Origin: Candidatus Saccharimonadia bacterium
GTDB lineage: Bacteria; Patescibacteriota; Saccharimonadia; CAILAD01; BJGX01
Length of the DNA: 58,224 nt
Direction: 5' to 3'
Assembly (NCBI GenBank): GCA_039738635.1
Contig: JBCLLN010000005.1
Coordinates: forward strand, 1-58,224
Every line of letters starts with the position of its first letter. Position 1 is the stretch's first letter. Both the position numbers and the translations under genes were made by a program. This document shows positions 34,672 to 44,777 of this stretch, one piece after another. A model generated the notes under the pieces. The model was not told the DNA's origin. It ran no database searches and worked only from the letters and a program-made list of their open reading frames with translations.

Positions 34672-37503
34672 ATGCACGATAAGATCGTCATCAAGGGTGC
34701 CAGGGAACATAACCTCAAAAACATCAATGTCGATATACCACGCGATAAATTGGTGGTGATAACAGGACTCTCCGGAAGTGGTAAATCTTCACTTGCCTTT
34801 GATACAATTTATGCCGAAGGCCAGCGAAGGTATGTTGAGAGCCTCAGTGCTTATGCTAGGCAGTTTTTGGGACTAATGGAAAAGCCAGATGTTGACTCGA
34901 TAGACGGGCTAAGCCCAGCAATATCGATCGATCAAAAGTCAGCTAGCCGTAATCCTCGTAGTACGGTGGCAACAGTAACGGAAATATATGACTATTTAAG
35001 ATTGCTCTTTGCTAGAGTTGGCACCCCCCATCATCCCAAGACTGGTGAGGTACTAACCAAGCAGACACCACAGCAAATCGTTGATTTAATTTTAGAATAT
35101 CCTAAAGACGTCAAACTGATACTTTTGGCACCAATTGTTAAAGATAAAAAGGGCGAGCATAAGCATCTGCTCAGTGAAATCCAGAAGGCTGGCTATAGTA
35201 GGGTTAGGCTAGATGGTAATATTATCGCAATTGACGAGGTACCAAACCTAGACAAGCAAAAAAAGCACACCATAGAAGTAGTCACCGATAGACTGAGCGT
35301 AGACCCTCTAAGCCCCCAGAGGCTAGTAGAGTCTGTAGAGGCTGCCCTGCATCTGGGCGATGGCGTAATTAGTGTCTTAAATTATGATACCAACCAAGAA
35401 AAGCTTTATTCGGAGCATTATACTACTCCAGATTCAGACTTTGCCTTACCCGAAATAGAGCCCCGATTATTTAGCTTTAATTCTCCGCATGGTGCCTGCC
35501 CAAAATGTACTGGACTAGGAACGCTACTAGTGATTGACCCAGAGCTGATCATGCCCAATAAAAGCCTCTCAATTTTAGAGGGAGCTATTAGGCCCTGGAG
35601 CAGAACTACCCAACGGCTCACTTGGTACACTAAATTGCTCCAAGCTGTTGCTAAGGCTCATAAATTTGGTCTAGGTAAAGCCGTCAAAGACCTCACGCCA
35701 GATCAGCTTTACATCATTCTATATGGTACGGGAGATGAAGAGATAGGAGTGCCAGGGCCAGGATCAAGAACCTTCAAAACTAAGTTTGAGGGCATTATTC
35801 CAAACCTAGAAAGACGCTACCGTGAATCAGATAGCGATTTCGTGAAAAGAGAAATAGAAAAGTATATGACCAGCCAAATTTGTGGAGCGTGCAATGGCAA
35901 GAGGCTTAAGCCCGAAGTATTAGCCGTAACTATTAATGACAAATCTATTGCAGAAATTTCTGAGATGACCGTAGAAGACGCTCTAGAATACTACCAGAGT
36001 CTTACGCTAAATGCCCAGCAAAAAATTATAGCTAAGCAAATAATTATAGAAATCCTAGCTAGGCTAAAGTTTTTAAATGATGTTGGTCTGAGCTATTTGA
36101 GCTTGGGTAGGGGTGCAAACACCCTAGCTGGCGGGGAAGCTCAACGCATACGGTTAGCCACACAAATAGGCTCAAGCCTGATGGGCGTACTTTATATTTT
36201 AGACGAACCATCAATAGGCCTACATCAGCGAGATAACGACAGGCTTATTGCAACACTCATAAAACTCAAAAATCTTGGCAATACAGTGATAGTCGTAGAG
36301 CACGACGAAGAGACTATTCGGATGGCCGACTATGTGATTGATATTGGGCCAATGGCAGGTGAGCACGGAGGTAGGGTTGTAGCTGCCGGTACACCCGCCG
36401 AGGTAGCCAAGGTCAAGGAGTCTTTGACAGGCCAATATCTATCTGGCAAAAAATCTATTAAATTACCAGCTGAGCGAAGGAAGCTTACCGGCAAAACACT
36501 CAAAATAATTGGAGCTACCGAACATAATCTTCAAAATATCACCGTAGAAATACCACTGGCCGTTATGACTGTAGTCACAGGAGTATCGGGATCTGGTAAA
36601 AGCTCGCTTATTAATGATATTCTAGCTCGCAAATTAAGCCAGGAGTATCATAGAAGCCAAGTGCCAGCTGGTAAGTGTGATGCTATAGAAGGAACAGATA
36701 ATTTAGATAAAGTCATAGCTATTGACCAAAGTCCGATTGGGCGAACCCCAAGGAGTAATACTGCTACCTACACCGGTGCTTTTAATGATATTCGTGATTT
36801 ATTTGCGATGACATCTGAAGCTAGAATTAGGGGCTATAGCTCGGGGCGATTTAGTTTTAATGTCAAGGGTGGCAGATGCGAAAACTGCCGAGGCGATGGA
36901 ATTAATAAAATTGAGATGCATTTTTTACCAGATGTTTATGTGACCTGTGATGTTTGTAATGGTAAGCGCTATAATCGTGAGGCTCTAGAGATAGTTTATA
37001 AAACCAAGAACATTGCTAACATTCTCGAGATGACCGTTGAGATTGCCTGTGATTTCTTTTCCAATATCCCAGCAATTAGTAGAAAGCTAGAGACACTAAA
37101 AAGCGTTGGGCTGGGATATATTAAGCTTGGCCAGCCAGCCACTACACTCTCTGGTGGGGAGGCCCAACGCATTAAGCTTGCCTCAGAATTAAGCAAGCGA
37201 GCCACCGGTAGAACACTATATATCCTAGATGAACCTACCACGGGGTTACATTTTGAAGATGTTAAAAAGCTCTTGGAGGTCTTAAACGCACTAGTAGCTA
37301 TGGGCAATTCTGTGCTCATAATAGAGCACAACCTAGATGTTATTAAGTGTGCTGACTGGATTATTGATCTTGGTCCAGAAGGCGGAGGCAAGGGTGGGAA
37401 GATTGTGGCTCAAGGAAATCCTGAGACAGTGGCCAAAGTTGCCAAGTCATATACTGGTCAATATCTCGCCAAACTGCTGCACAAAAGTGTGAAAGTCCTA
37501 TAA
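34672..37503 (+). CDS. uvrA: excinuclease ABC subunit A
   Basis: Two ABC modules ([18 protein letters not shown]), zinc-finger CxxC pairs, SD gaggag. Confidence 0.95.
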   Translation: MHDKIVIKGAREHNLKNINVDIPRDKLVVITGLSGSGKSSLAFDTIYAEGQRRYVESLSAYARQFLGLMEKPDVDSIDGLSPAISIDQKSASRNPRSTVATVTEIYDYLRLLFARVGTPHHPKTGEVLTKQTPQQIVDLILEYPKDVKLILLAPIVKDKKGEHKHLLSEIQKAGYSRVRLDGNIIAIDEVPNLDKQKKHTIEVVTDRLSVDPLSPQRLVESVEAALHLGDGVISVLNYDTNQEKLYSEHYTTPDSDFALPEIEPRLFSFNSPHGACPKCTGLGTLLVIDPELIMPNKSLSILEGAIRPWSRTTQRLTWYTKLLQAVAKAHKFGLGKAVKDLTPDQLYIILYGTGDEEIGVPGPGSRTFKTKFEGIIPNLERRYRESDSDFVKREIEKYMTSQICGACNGKRLKPEVLAVTINDKSIAEISEMTVEDALEYYQSLTLNAQQKIIAKQIIIEILARLKFLNDVGLSYLSLGRGANTLAGGEAQRIRLATQIGSSLMGVLYILDEPSIGLHQRDNDRLIATLIKLKNLGNTVIVVEHDEETIRMADYVIDIGPMAGEHGGRVVAAGTPAEVAKVKESLTGQYLSGKKSIKLPAERRKLTGKTLKIIGATEHNLQNITVEIPLAVMTVVTGVSGSGKSSLINDILARKLSQEYHRSQVPAGKCDAIEGTDNLDKVIAIDQSPIGRTPRSNTATYTGAFNDIRDLFAMTSEARIRGYSSGRFSFNVKGGRCENCRGDGINKIEMHFLPDVYVTCDVCNGKRYNREALEIVYKTKNIANILEMTVEIACDFFSNIPAISRKLETLKSVGLGYIKLGQPATTLSGGEAQRIKLASELSKRATGRTLYILDEPTTGLHFEDVKKLLEVLNALVAMGNSVLIIEHNLDVIKCADWIIDLGPEGGGKGGKIVAQGNPETVAKVAKSYTGQYLAKLLHKSVKVL

Positions 37504-37513
37504 AGAAAAGGGA

Positions 37514-37554
37514 AAGGAGTCAAGTATGCGGTTCAACCGCTCACTTAACTCCTT
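37514..37554. terminator. long hairpin between uvrA and the convergent high-GC gene
   Basis: aaggagtcaagt..gcgg ttcaa ccgc..acttaactcctt. A T-rich run follows on the minus strand only. Confidence 0.45.
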
Positions 37555-37603
37555 ATCCCAATCGTACTGTGTTATTTAATTTTGGACGGACCACACTGTC
37601 TCC

Positions 37604-37997
37604 TTAGCGATTTTCTGTGCCGGTCTTTGCCGAGTTAATGCAACTACCTAAGGCTGTGACACTGAATCCCGCCAAGGTGTCGATGAGCTCTTCAAGCAAG
37701 TCCGATGTTCGATAAGCCGTGATGATGGCATTCAGTCGGGCTAAGTTCAGCCCGGGAGAGCATTGCGCCAACTCATCGGTGGCCCCCGATAAAGCTGCGC
37801 TCACTCAGATCTGCTGCCTCACCGTAACTCACGCCTGGGCGTGTGGCCCATGCTGCCGCTTTCTGGCAGTATTGCGTTCGAACGATCGCTTTGGCCGCAT
37901 TCGGCACTCCGTCCTCGCCGACCATGACAAACAACTCTTGCTTGAGTTGGTCAATCCGACCAAAACTACGGTCTCGCAAAGTGAATGGTGTCGTCAT
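37604..37997 (-). pseudogene. high-GC gene split by a frameshift at a G5 run (about 130 aa if repaired), function unknown
   Basis: ORFs 37773-37997 and 37604-37804 overlap in adjacent frames around atcgggggccacc. Strong SD aagggggtgaaat before the ATG. Line 37741-37800 counts 62% G+C. Confidence 0.45.
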
Positions 37998-38090
37998 ATT
38001 TCACCCCCTTAGGGTAGTAGCAGGTACGATTGGTCTGCATATTATACATAAAATTACATAGAATTGCAAGCTTTTGAACATCAAATGAGC

Positions 38091-38096
38091 TATAAT
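38091..38096 (+). promoter_or_regulatory. -10 box TATAAT 6 nt before uvrC ATG, leaderless-type
   Basis: tataat + actgct + ATG(38103). Confidence 0.45.
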
Positions 38097-38102
38097 ACTG
38101 CT

Positions 38103-39542
38103 ATGAAAAAAGCTATCGAAGCGAAACTAAATAAATTGCCAACCAGCTCTGGCGTCTACTTTTTTAAAGATACGGCCGGAGAGATTATTTATATTGGCAA
38201 AGCCTCCATCTTAAAACGGCGAGTCAGCTCGTACTTTAGCAGGAACCACCAAGACTATAAGACACCATTATTAGTAAGCAACATATCCGATATTGATTGG
38301 GTAGTTACTGCCTCTGAGGTGGAGGCATTGTTTTTAGAGGCAGAATACATCAAGCGCTATAAACCACTATATAATGTTCGTGAGAGAGATGATAAAAATT
38401 TTATATTTATACGAATTACCACACAGGACGATTTCCCAACAGTAGGTTTAGTAAGGCGACCGACCGACGATAAGGCCAGGTATTTTGGGCCATTCATACA
38501 AAGCAATGGAGTCAGGCAGGCCCTACGGTATCTGCGCAAGGTGTTTCCATATTTTAGTCTAGATCACCAAAAGTATCACTCTAAGCTAGAATACCAAATT
38601 GGTGTCGTGCCAAAGCCCGATATTAGTAGAGCTCAATATCGCCAGCAAATTAGAAAGCTAACTTTAGTTCTAGAGGGTCAGAGCACTCAGCTTATTGATC
38701 GGTTAGCTAAGGATATTGTTAAACTATCCAAGCTTCGCAAGTATGAAGAGGCAGTAGAGTTGCGCAACCAGTACTTAGCCCTGAAGGCACTCAATAGCAG
38801 AGTTGTGTTTGGAGGAGAAGAAAATATTGCCGTTGGTATAGACGAGGCCTTATCTGGCTTAGCTAAGCTGTTGAGTCTCGAAAAGCCCCCTAGAAGAATT
38901 GAATGCTACGATATAAGTAATTTTGCAGGCGGGGATAGTGTTAGCTCGATGGTTGTATTCACCGATGGGCTTCCAGATAGTATGGCATATCGACATTTTA
39001 AGATGCGCACTAAAGGGCCGAATGATTTTGCTATGATGCAAGAAACGATTACGAGACGATTTAGTGATAAGAACAAGGCTTGGCCTAGGCCGGATTTGAT
39101 TATCATCGATGGCGGCAAAGGCCAGCTTTCTAGCGTTAAAAAAGTTCTTGCAGACCTAGGGATAGCAACCCTCACGGTAGGGCTGGCTAAAAAACACGAA
39201 ACGCTTGTTATTAGTGCGGTTGATATTAAAGCCAGCCCAGAGTTTAGATTAGAAGGAGATTATTACCAAATAAATTTTGATTATGATTCGGCAGTACTGC
39301 ATTTGCTCCAAAGGGTTAGGGACGAGGCCCATCGTTTTGCCCTTAGCTACCACACCATAGTGCGAGCTAAGAGAGTTAGTAAATCTCGGCTAGAGGATAT
39401 TACTGGTGTCGGCCCCATGGCTCGCAAAAAACTTATTAAATCATTTGGAAGTTATGCTGGAGTTCAAAAAGCCAGCCTACAAGAAATATCTGTAGTAGTA
39501 GGTAGCAAGTTAGCAGAGAAAGTATACTATAACCTTGGCTAA
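38103..39542 (+). CDS. uvrC: excinuclease ABC subunit C
   Basis: GIY-YIG (SGVYFFKD..IYIGKA), UVR, endonuclease and HhH regions. Start set at MKKAIEAKL. Confidence 0.9.
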   Translation: MKKAIEAKLNKLPTSSGVYFFKDTAGEIIYIGKASILKRRVSSYFSRNHQDYKTPLLVSNISDIDWVVTASEVEALFLEAEYIKRYKPLYNVRERDDKNFIFIRITTQDDFPTVGLVRRPTDDKARYFGPFIQSNGVRQALRYLRKVFPYFSLDHQKYHSKLEYQIGVVPKPDISRAQYRQQIRKLTLVLEGQSTQLIDRLAKDIVKLSKLRKYEEAVELRNQYLALKALNSRVVFGGEENIAVGIDEALSGLAKLLSLEKPPRRIECYDISNFAGGDSVSSMVVFTDGLPDSMAYRHFKMRTKGPNDFAMMQETITRRFSDKNKAWPRPDLIIIDGGKGQLSSVKKVLADLGIATLTVGLAKKHETLVISAVDIKASPEFRLEGDYYQINFDYDSAVLHLLQRVRDEAHRFALSYHTIVRAKRVSKSRLEDITGVGPMARKKLIKSFGSYAGVQKASLQEISVVVGSKLAEKVYYNLG

Positions 39543-39567
39543 ATAATTATATTCCTACCAGACAATA

Positions 39568-39576
39568 TGGTAAAAT
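39568..39576 (+). promoter_or_regulatory. extended -10 (TGgTAAAAT) 7 nt before ATG, leaderless-type
   Basis: tggtaaaat + atagcgc + ATG(39584). Confidence 0.45.
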
Positions 39577-39583
39577 ATAGCGC

Positions 39584-39937
39584 ATGGTAAGAAGGTTTTT
39601 AATAACATGGCTAGCTAACTTTATTGGGTTACTACTAGCCTCAATATTTTTCAGCGGTATAAATGCCAGCGGGTTTTGGGTAATCGCTATTGCTAGTTTG
39701 ATTTTTGGGATAGTCAATGCTGTCTTGAGACCTGTGCTGGTAATATTAAGCCTGCCCGCAATAGTAATAACGCTAGGCTTTTTTAGTTTGATTATTAATG
39801 CCCTCCTACTCTACATTACCAGCTTGCTTTATAGGCCATTTCAGGTAAACTCTATAGGGTCTGCTATAGCCACAGTAATTGTGGTGTGGATTGCTAACTA
39901 TGCTATGAGCTTTATAATAGACAAGGAAGATAAATGA
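39584..39937 (+). CDS. four-TM membrane protein (phage-holin-4_2/YvlD-like family)
   Basis: Hydrophobic pattern and the VNAVLRPVLVILSLP motif. Confidence 0.55.
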   Translation: MVRRFLITWLANFIGLLLASIFFSGINASGFWVIAIASLIFGIVNAVLRPVLVILSLPAIVITLGFFSLIINALLLYITSLLYRPFQVNSIGSAIATVIVVWIANYAMSFIIDKEDK

Positions 39938-40152
39938 AAAGTTTTTTACAGTATTTATTAGTAAGTATCTCAGTGCTTATCACTATGTCTGTGTTAATGC
40001 AAAATCAAGGCTCCGGGCTAGGTGCTGCATTCGGAGGTGAGTCTAATATTTATAGAACCAAACGGGGAACTGAAAAGTTTTTATTTTATGGAACAATCGT
40101 GCTAATAGTAGCCTTTGTAGCTAGCATTCTAGGGTTATTAATTACTAAGTAA
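39934..40152 (+). CDS. secG: preprotein translocase subunit SecG
   Basis: Two TM segments flanking QGSGLGAAFGG. Confidence 0.7.
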   Translation: MKSFLQYLLVSISVLITMSVLMQNQGSGLGAAFGGESNIYRTKRGTEKFLFYGTIVLIVAFVASILGLLITK

Positions 40153-41858
40153 TGAGTTCATACTCTGGATTTACACTTCATAGGAAATTGCGTCGATGGA
40201 GGCGAGATACTAAGCTTTGGCGTTCTTGGTCGGTCAATTATCTTAATCGTCATGTATTTGGTAGCTGGCAAAAGCTTGGAAGTTTTCGCTGGGTGTTTGC
40301 GTCATGGGTATTTATCGTACTCATATCGCTGTGGGGCCTAGTAGCTCAAATTCAAGACCTAGGAGCAATAAATCGTATTAGCGGTCCTGAGCGAGGTGGA
40401 ATTTACCGTGAGGCGATTCTTGGTCAAGTAAAGAGTGTCAATCCGTTATATCCCGATAATTCTGCCTCAGGAGATATTGCTAGCCTAGTATTTAGTGGTC
40501 TAACTAAGATAAATGGTAATAGAGAGCTAGTCCCTGATTTAGCCCAAAAATGGGAGATATCTGCCGATCGTAAAAGCTATACATTCTCTCTAAAACCAAA
40601 TCTTAGCTGGCAAGACGGCACCAAGCTAACTACCAAAGATATTGCCTTTACCATTAATAGGGTTCAGAATCCCGATACCCGTAGCCCATACGCAGTGAAT
40701 TGGAATGGCGTAAAATATGAAGTCATCGATGATAATACTATAAAGTTTAATTTGCCCAGTAGTTATGGAAATTTTTTAGTCAATACAACACTAGGGATAC
40801 TACCTATACACATACTTGAGAGTGTTAAGCCAGCTAGCTTAAGATCTTATGAGTTTAACCAGCGACCAGTAGGAAGCGGGCCATACAAGCTTGATCTTCT
40901 AGAGGTTGATAGTACAGTCATTAACTTAGTCGCTAATGACAAATATTATATCCACGAGCCTTATATACCTAAAATTCGCATTGAGCTATTTCAGTCATCC
41001 CAAGAAATGCAAGACGCACTATCGCGCAAACAAGTTGACGCTATCTCGCCTGTACCTCCAGGAGACGTCGCAACCATAGCTAGGATTGTGGGAGTCAATA
41101 ACTATAAATTAGGGTTGCCAGCCTATGTTGGCGCGTTTTTTAATTTACGTAGTCCAGCACTTGCCAACCCAAACCTTAGAAAAGCATTAGCGTATGCCAC
41201 TAATAGGCAGGCAATTATTGATAACATCTTGCATGGAGAGGCAGCGCAGGCCTATTTTCCGATACCCGCCGGCTATCCTGGATTTAACCCCAGCGCGCTC
41301 AAGTATCAGCCCAGCGAGACTAAGGCGCAGGAGTATTTTAATAAGTCGGCAGTAGGTAAAACTAATCTTAGGTTAGTAACCTTGGATAATTCCGTCTATG
41401 AGAATGTAGCTAATGCATTGGCAGATAGCTGGAGGAAGCTAGGATTAAATATTGAAGTCATAACCACTAATAGCGTAGAGCTACAGCAGAACTATATTAG
41501 AAGCCGTAACTATGACATATTACTCTACGGTCAAAACCTCGGCTTAGATTCTGATGTGTATAGCTTTTGGCATTCTAGCCAAGTTGACGACCCAGGGTTA
41601 AACATATCGTTATATAAAAACCCAGAAGCCGATAAATTACTCGAATCTGGTCGGCTGGCTAAAGACCCAGACTACAAGGCCACCAGATATTCAAGTTTTG
41701 TGGAGATTTGGGCTAAGGATGTCCCAGCAGTAATTATTTATAGCCCTTATTATAACTATGCCCAGCGTGATGTAGTCAAAGGATTTGATGCTAAAAAAGT
41801 CCTAGAGCCAAGTAATAGATTCTATAATATTTATGATTGGTATTTTTCTAATCTTTAG
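40152..41858 (+). CDS. ABC transporter substrate-binding protein, family 5 (peptide/nickel type), TM-anchored
   Basis: Length and motifs (PDLAQKWEIS, GSGPYKL); N-terminal TM helix. Confidence 0.75.
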   Translation: MSSYSGFTLHRKLRRWRRDTKLWRSWSVNYLNRHVFGSWQKLGSFRWVFASWVFIVLISLWGLVAQIQDLGAINRISGPERGGIYREAILGQVKSVNPLYPDNSASGDIASLVFSGLTKINGNRELVPDLAQKWEISADRKSYTFSLKPNLSWQDGTKLTTKDIAFTINRVQNPDTRSPYAVNWNGVKYEVIDDNTIKFNLPSSYGNFLVNTTLGILPIHILESVKPASLRSYEFNQRPVGSGPYKLDLLEVDSTVINLVANDKYYIHEPYIPKIRIELFQSSQEMQDALSRKQVDAISPVPPGDVATIARIVGVNNYKLGLPAYVGAFFNLRSPALANPNLRKALAYATNRQAIIDNILHGEAAQAYFPIPAGYPGFNPSALKYQPSETKAQEYFNKSAVGKTNLRLVTLDNSVYENVANALADSWRKLGLNIEVITTNSVELQQNYIRSRNYDILLYGQNLGLDSDVYSFWHSSQVDDPGLNISLYKNPEADKLLESGRLAKDPDYKATRYSSFVEIWAKDVPAVIIYSPYYNYAQRDVVKGFDAKKVLEPSNRFYNIYDWYFSNL

Positions 41859-42731
41859 CTACTTAGAATAATAAAAGTTGTTCCCGGTATCACTCTTACG
41901 ATCCCAATTAAATTCTGGGCGCAGTAGGTACCAGATGCTGTGATAAGCGTCAATGCCAGCTTTTTGGTATTCGTAAGTTGGCTGGTTAGTTGTTTCGATA
42001 TTATTATTTGTCCTAGTTAGCTTAGCTCCTTCTGGGACTCCCTCTATGGGCCTCAGGCAAAATGAAACATCTAGAGGGATAGCAATACTAAAACGCCCTT
42101 CGGCGTCAGTAGTAACAGTTCTATCCGAGACGCATGTTTGTATTTTAAGGTTGGCTAGTGGAAGATCGTTATAAGAGGCACGACCACTTACCAGTACATT
42201 GTAGGATTCTGAGGGGGTGCCAAATGGATTAGCTGGTAATGGCACGGCGGTAGGGAGCCTTGGCTGGCTCTTAATGTCGATAGTTTGGGATCCAGCTTCT
42301 GCAAAAGTAGTATTTTTAATCCAGCAACGGTAGCTGCCATTCCAGGGTTGAGTGCCCCTAGCAGCGAATGTATTATTAAAGGCCATTTCCTGTATATCGC
42401 CTGGCGCCTGGTAAGCCTGAGGGTACTGGGCGGCAAGTTCAGGCCCCACTGCTCCGCGCCATGTTCTAACATCGTATTGGTATTTACCCGTATGCCCACT
42501 TGGACTTGTACGGTCATAGCGCCCGCCAGATTCACAAAAGCCGATACGGTCTCGCCAATAGTCTGGGTCGGTATTAAAGACGGGTATGGCACTATAAGCA
42601 AAGCTCCTATAAACTAAAAATAGCCCAGCAATTACAAACAAAGCCAAAAACCCTATTACGGCAGGCTTGTTTTTAGAGAGCGAGAAATGTTTATTTGACG
42701 ATACTGATGATTTTAAATTTCTTTTATTCAT
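41859..42731 (-). CDS. secreted Rpf-like transglycosylase domain protein with C-terminal beta-sandwich-like domain
   Basis: N-terminal TM/signal; FCESGGRYD..GKYQYDVRTW resembles the resuscitation-promoting-factor transglycosylase motif. Confidence 0.55.
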   Translation of the reverse strand: MNKRNLKSSVSSNKHFSLSKNKPAVIGFLALFVIAGLFLVYRSFAYSAIPVFNTDPDYWRDRIGFCESGGRYDRTSPSGHTGKYQYDVRTWRGAVGPELAAQYPQAYQAPGDIQEMAFNNTFAARGTQPWNGSYRCWIKNTTFAEAGSQTIDIKSQPRLPTAVPLPANPFGTPSESYNVLVSGRASYNDLPLANLKIQTCVSDRTVTTDAEGRFSIAIPLDVSFCLRPIEGVPEGAKLTRTNNNIETTNQPTYEYQKAGIDAYHSIWYLLRPEFNWDRKSDTGNNFYYSK

Positions 42732-42819
42732 AACTACTATATATACATATTGTATATATCTTTTTTAATAAGTCAATTTAGGGGTATTTAATATGCCATA
42801 AAATTGCTATGCTATTGTT

Positions 42820-44457
42820 ATGGCTAATTTTTTAAAAGACTTAAAAGATAAAATTCAAGGTGATATAAAAATAGATAAGAAGACTCTAGATTATTTTTCT
42901 ACTGATGGTAGCGTGTTTATGCTTAATCCTAAGATAGTAATCTACCCACTCAATGAAATGGATGTCATCGAAACAGTCAGGGCTTTCCACTTTAGAGCTA
43001 GCGAGGGAAAGCCACTTGGTCTTACTAGTAGGGGAAAAGGTACAGACCAAGGTGGCGGATCTTTAAGTGAAGGAGGCCTACTGGTATTCCCAGCACACAT
43101 GAAAAAGATTATTAGTATTAATCAGGATTCCATATCAGTTCAGCCCGGCGTAATATATTCTCATCTTCAGTCAGTCTTACATAGCCACGGAAGGTTTTTG
43201 CCACCCTACCCAGCCAGTATCGATTTCTGTTCTATAGGTGGCGCAGTAGCTAATAATTCAGCTGGAGAAAAAACCATTAAATATGGTTCAACCAGAAATT
43301 ATCTTAAAAGTCTCAAAGTGGTATTGAGCAATGGTGACTTAATAGAAACTCGGCGATTGAATAAAAAAGAACTTAAAGCAAAGAAACAACAACAAGACTT
43401 TGAAGGTGAAATTTATCGCACCATTGATGAATTACTTGAAAATAACCATCAACTCTTGGTTAATAATAGGCCAGGAGTTAGTAAAAACTCGGCTGGGTAT
43501 GATTTGTGGGATATTAAAGCCAAAGATGGATCATTTGATTTGTCACAGTTATTTTGTGGGTCACAGGGCACGCTGGGAATTATAACAGAAATAACACTCT
43601 ATCATCAGCAGTATAATACTAATACTTTCCTTGGTGTTGGATATTTTGATTCCCTTGAGTCAATGACCCAAGCTACACAACAAATACTACCCCTGGTACC
43701 TAGCGCAATGGAGATAGTAGATAGGAATGTCCTGGAGTTCGTCCAAGATAAAAAGTCTACAATGCTAGAGGGGATATTGTCAGATAAAATGCCAGAAGTA
43801 ATTATGCTGGTAGAGTTTGATGATAAAAAACTAAAACTACAACACAAAAAAGGAGCAAAGGCCCAGGCAATCTTGGAGTCTTTGGCATTTGAAACTCGCA
43901 TTGCCCATAGCAAACACGAGCAGGATAGGCTCTGGATGCTCCGCAGGCGGGCAGCAGCTCTAATGTGGATGTCTGATACACCCAAAAGAAATCTGCCCAT
44001 CATTGAGGATGGTTCGGTTCCTGTCGAACATATGGCTGATTTTTTGAAAGAAGTATATGCACTTTTGGCTAAGCATAATGTCGGCGAGGCAATGTGGGGT
44101 CATGCTGGCAATGCCAATTTTCATATTCAGCCCCTACTAGACCTCTCTAATTTAAGAGACAGGCACAAGGTATATCAAATTACTGACGAATTCTATAAGC
44201 TTATTAATAAATATCATGGCAGTACATGTGCCGAACACAACGATGGTATCATGAGAGCACCCTACCTTAAAGGAATGTTTGGCACGGATGTATATAATAT
44301 TTTCAAAGATGTTAAGACTCTTTTTGATCCTAATAATTTTTTAAACCCACAGACCAAAATGGGCGCCACCAAGGAATTTGGCATGGTTCATTTGCGTAAG
44401 GAATACTCAATGCCACATTTGGGCGATCATTTGCCGGGGCTTGGATCTTTTCATTAG
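42820..44457 (+). CDS. FAD-linked oxidase (GlcD/D-lactate dehydrogenase-like)
   Basis: FAD_binding_4 pattern (RGKGTDQGGGS, IGGAVANNSAGEK) and C-terminal oxidase domain. Confidence 0.8.
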   Translation: MANFLKDLKDKIQGDIKIDKKTLDYFSTDGSVFMLNPKIVIYPLNEMDVIETVRAFHFRASEGKPLGLTSRGKGTDQGGGSLSEGGLLVFPAHMKKIISINQDSISVQPGVIYSHLQSVLHSHGRFLPPYPASIDFCSIGGAVANNSAGEKTIKYGSTRNYLKSLKVVLSNGDLIETRRLNKKELKAKKQQQDFEGEIYRTIDELLENNHQLLVNNRPGVSKNSAGYDLWDIKAKDGSFDLSQLFCGSQGTLGIITEITLYHQQYNTNTFLGVGYFDSLESMTQATQQILPLVPSAMEIVDRNVLEFVQDKKSTMLEGILSDKMPEVIMLVEFDDKKLKLQHKKGAKAQAILESLAFETRIAHSKHEQDRLWMLRRRAAALMWMSDTPKRNLPIIEDGSVPVEHMADFLKEVYALLAKHNVGEAMWGHAGNANFHIQPLLDLSNLRDRHKVYQITDEFYKLINKYHGSTCAEHNDGIMRAPYLKGMFGTDVYNIFKDVKTLFDPNNFLNPQTKMGATKEFGMVHLRKEYSMPHLGDHLPGLGSFH

Positions 44458-44496
44458 GCTATCAAAGGATACTAATTTAAGATATAATTACTCAGG

Positions 44497-44610
44497 TTGC
44501 TAGCCCCTCAAGATCTTATGGGGAGCTGATGAACTTAATAGTAGGCTGCGGTGGTGGTTCGCTGGCTAGCGAATGGTAATCGCGCTAGCTGTCGAGTGGC
44601 AACGAGCAAT
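44497..44610 (+). pseudogene. degenerate duplicate of the tRNA-Leu(GAG) leader plus 5' half
   Basis: The leader ctagcccctcaagatcttatggggagctgatgaacttaa repeats at 44625-44665. gctgcggtggtgg..cgcgctagc parallels gccgcgatggtgg..cacgctagc of the real tRNA. Confidence 0.5.
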
Positions 44611-44671
44611 AATATTTTGGCTAGTTTAGCCCCTCAAGATATTATGGGGAGCTAATAAACTTAAATATTAT

Positions 44672-44762
44672 GCCGCGATGGTGGAATTGGTAGACACGCT
44701 AGCTTGAGGGGCTAGTGCCTAATATATCAGGCGTGGAAGTTCGAGTCTTCTTCGCGGCACCA
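44672..44762 (+). tRNA. tRNA-Leu(GAG), long variable arm
   Basis: Acceptor gccgcga/tcgcggc, anticodon loop uuGAGgg, variable arm tgcctaatatatcaggcg, encoded CCA. Confidence 0.85.
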
Positions 44763-44777
44763 GCAATTATTTTTTTC

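Noticed and set aside
37719-38061. Plus-strand ORFs 37719-38012 and 37843-38061 in the second high-GC insert
   Set aside because: There is no RBS or promoter. They are antisense to a gene with a strong SD and -10 box. Again, high GC produces spurious long ORFs.
42188-42617. ORFs 42188-42601(-) and 42285-42617(+) inside the Rpf-like gene
   Set aside because: These are alternative frames of a locally GC-richer segment. The annotated frame carries the transglycosylase motif and the signal anchor.
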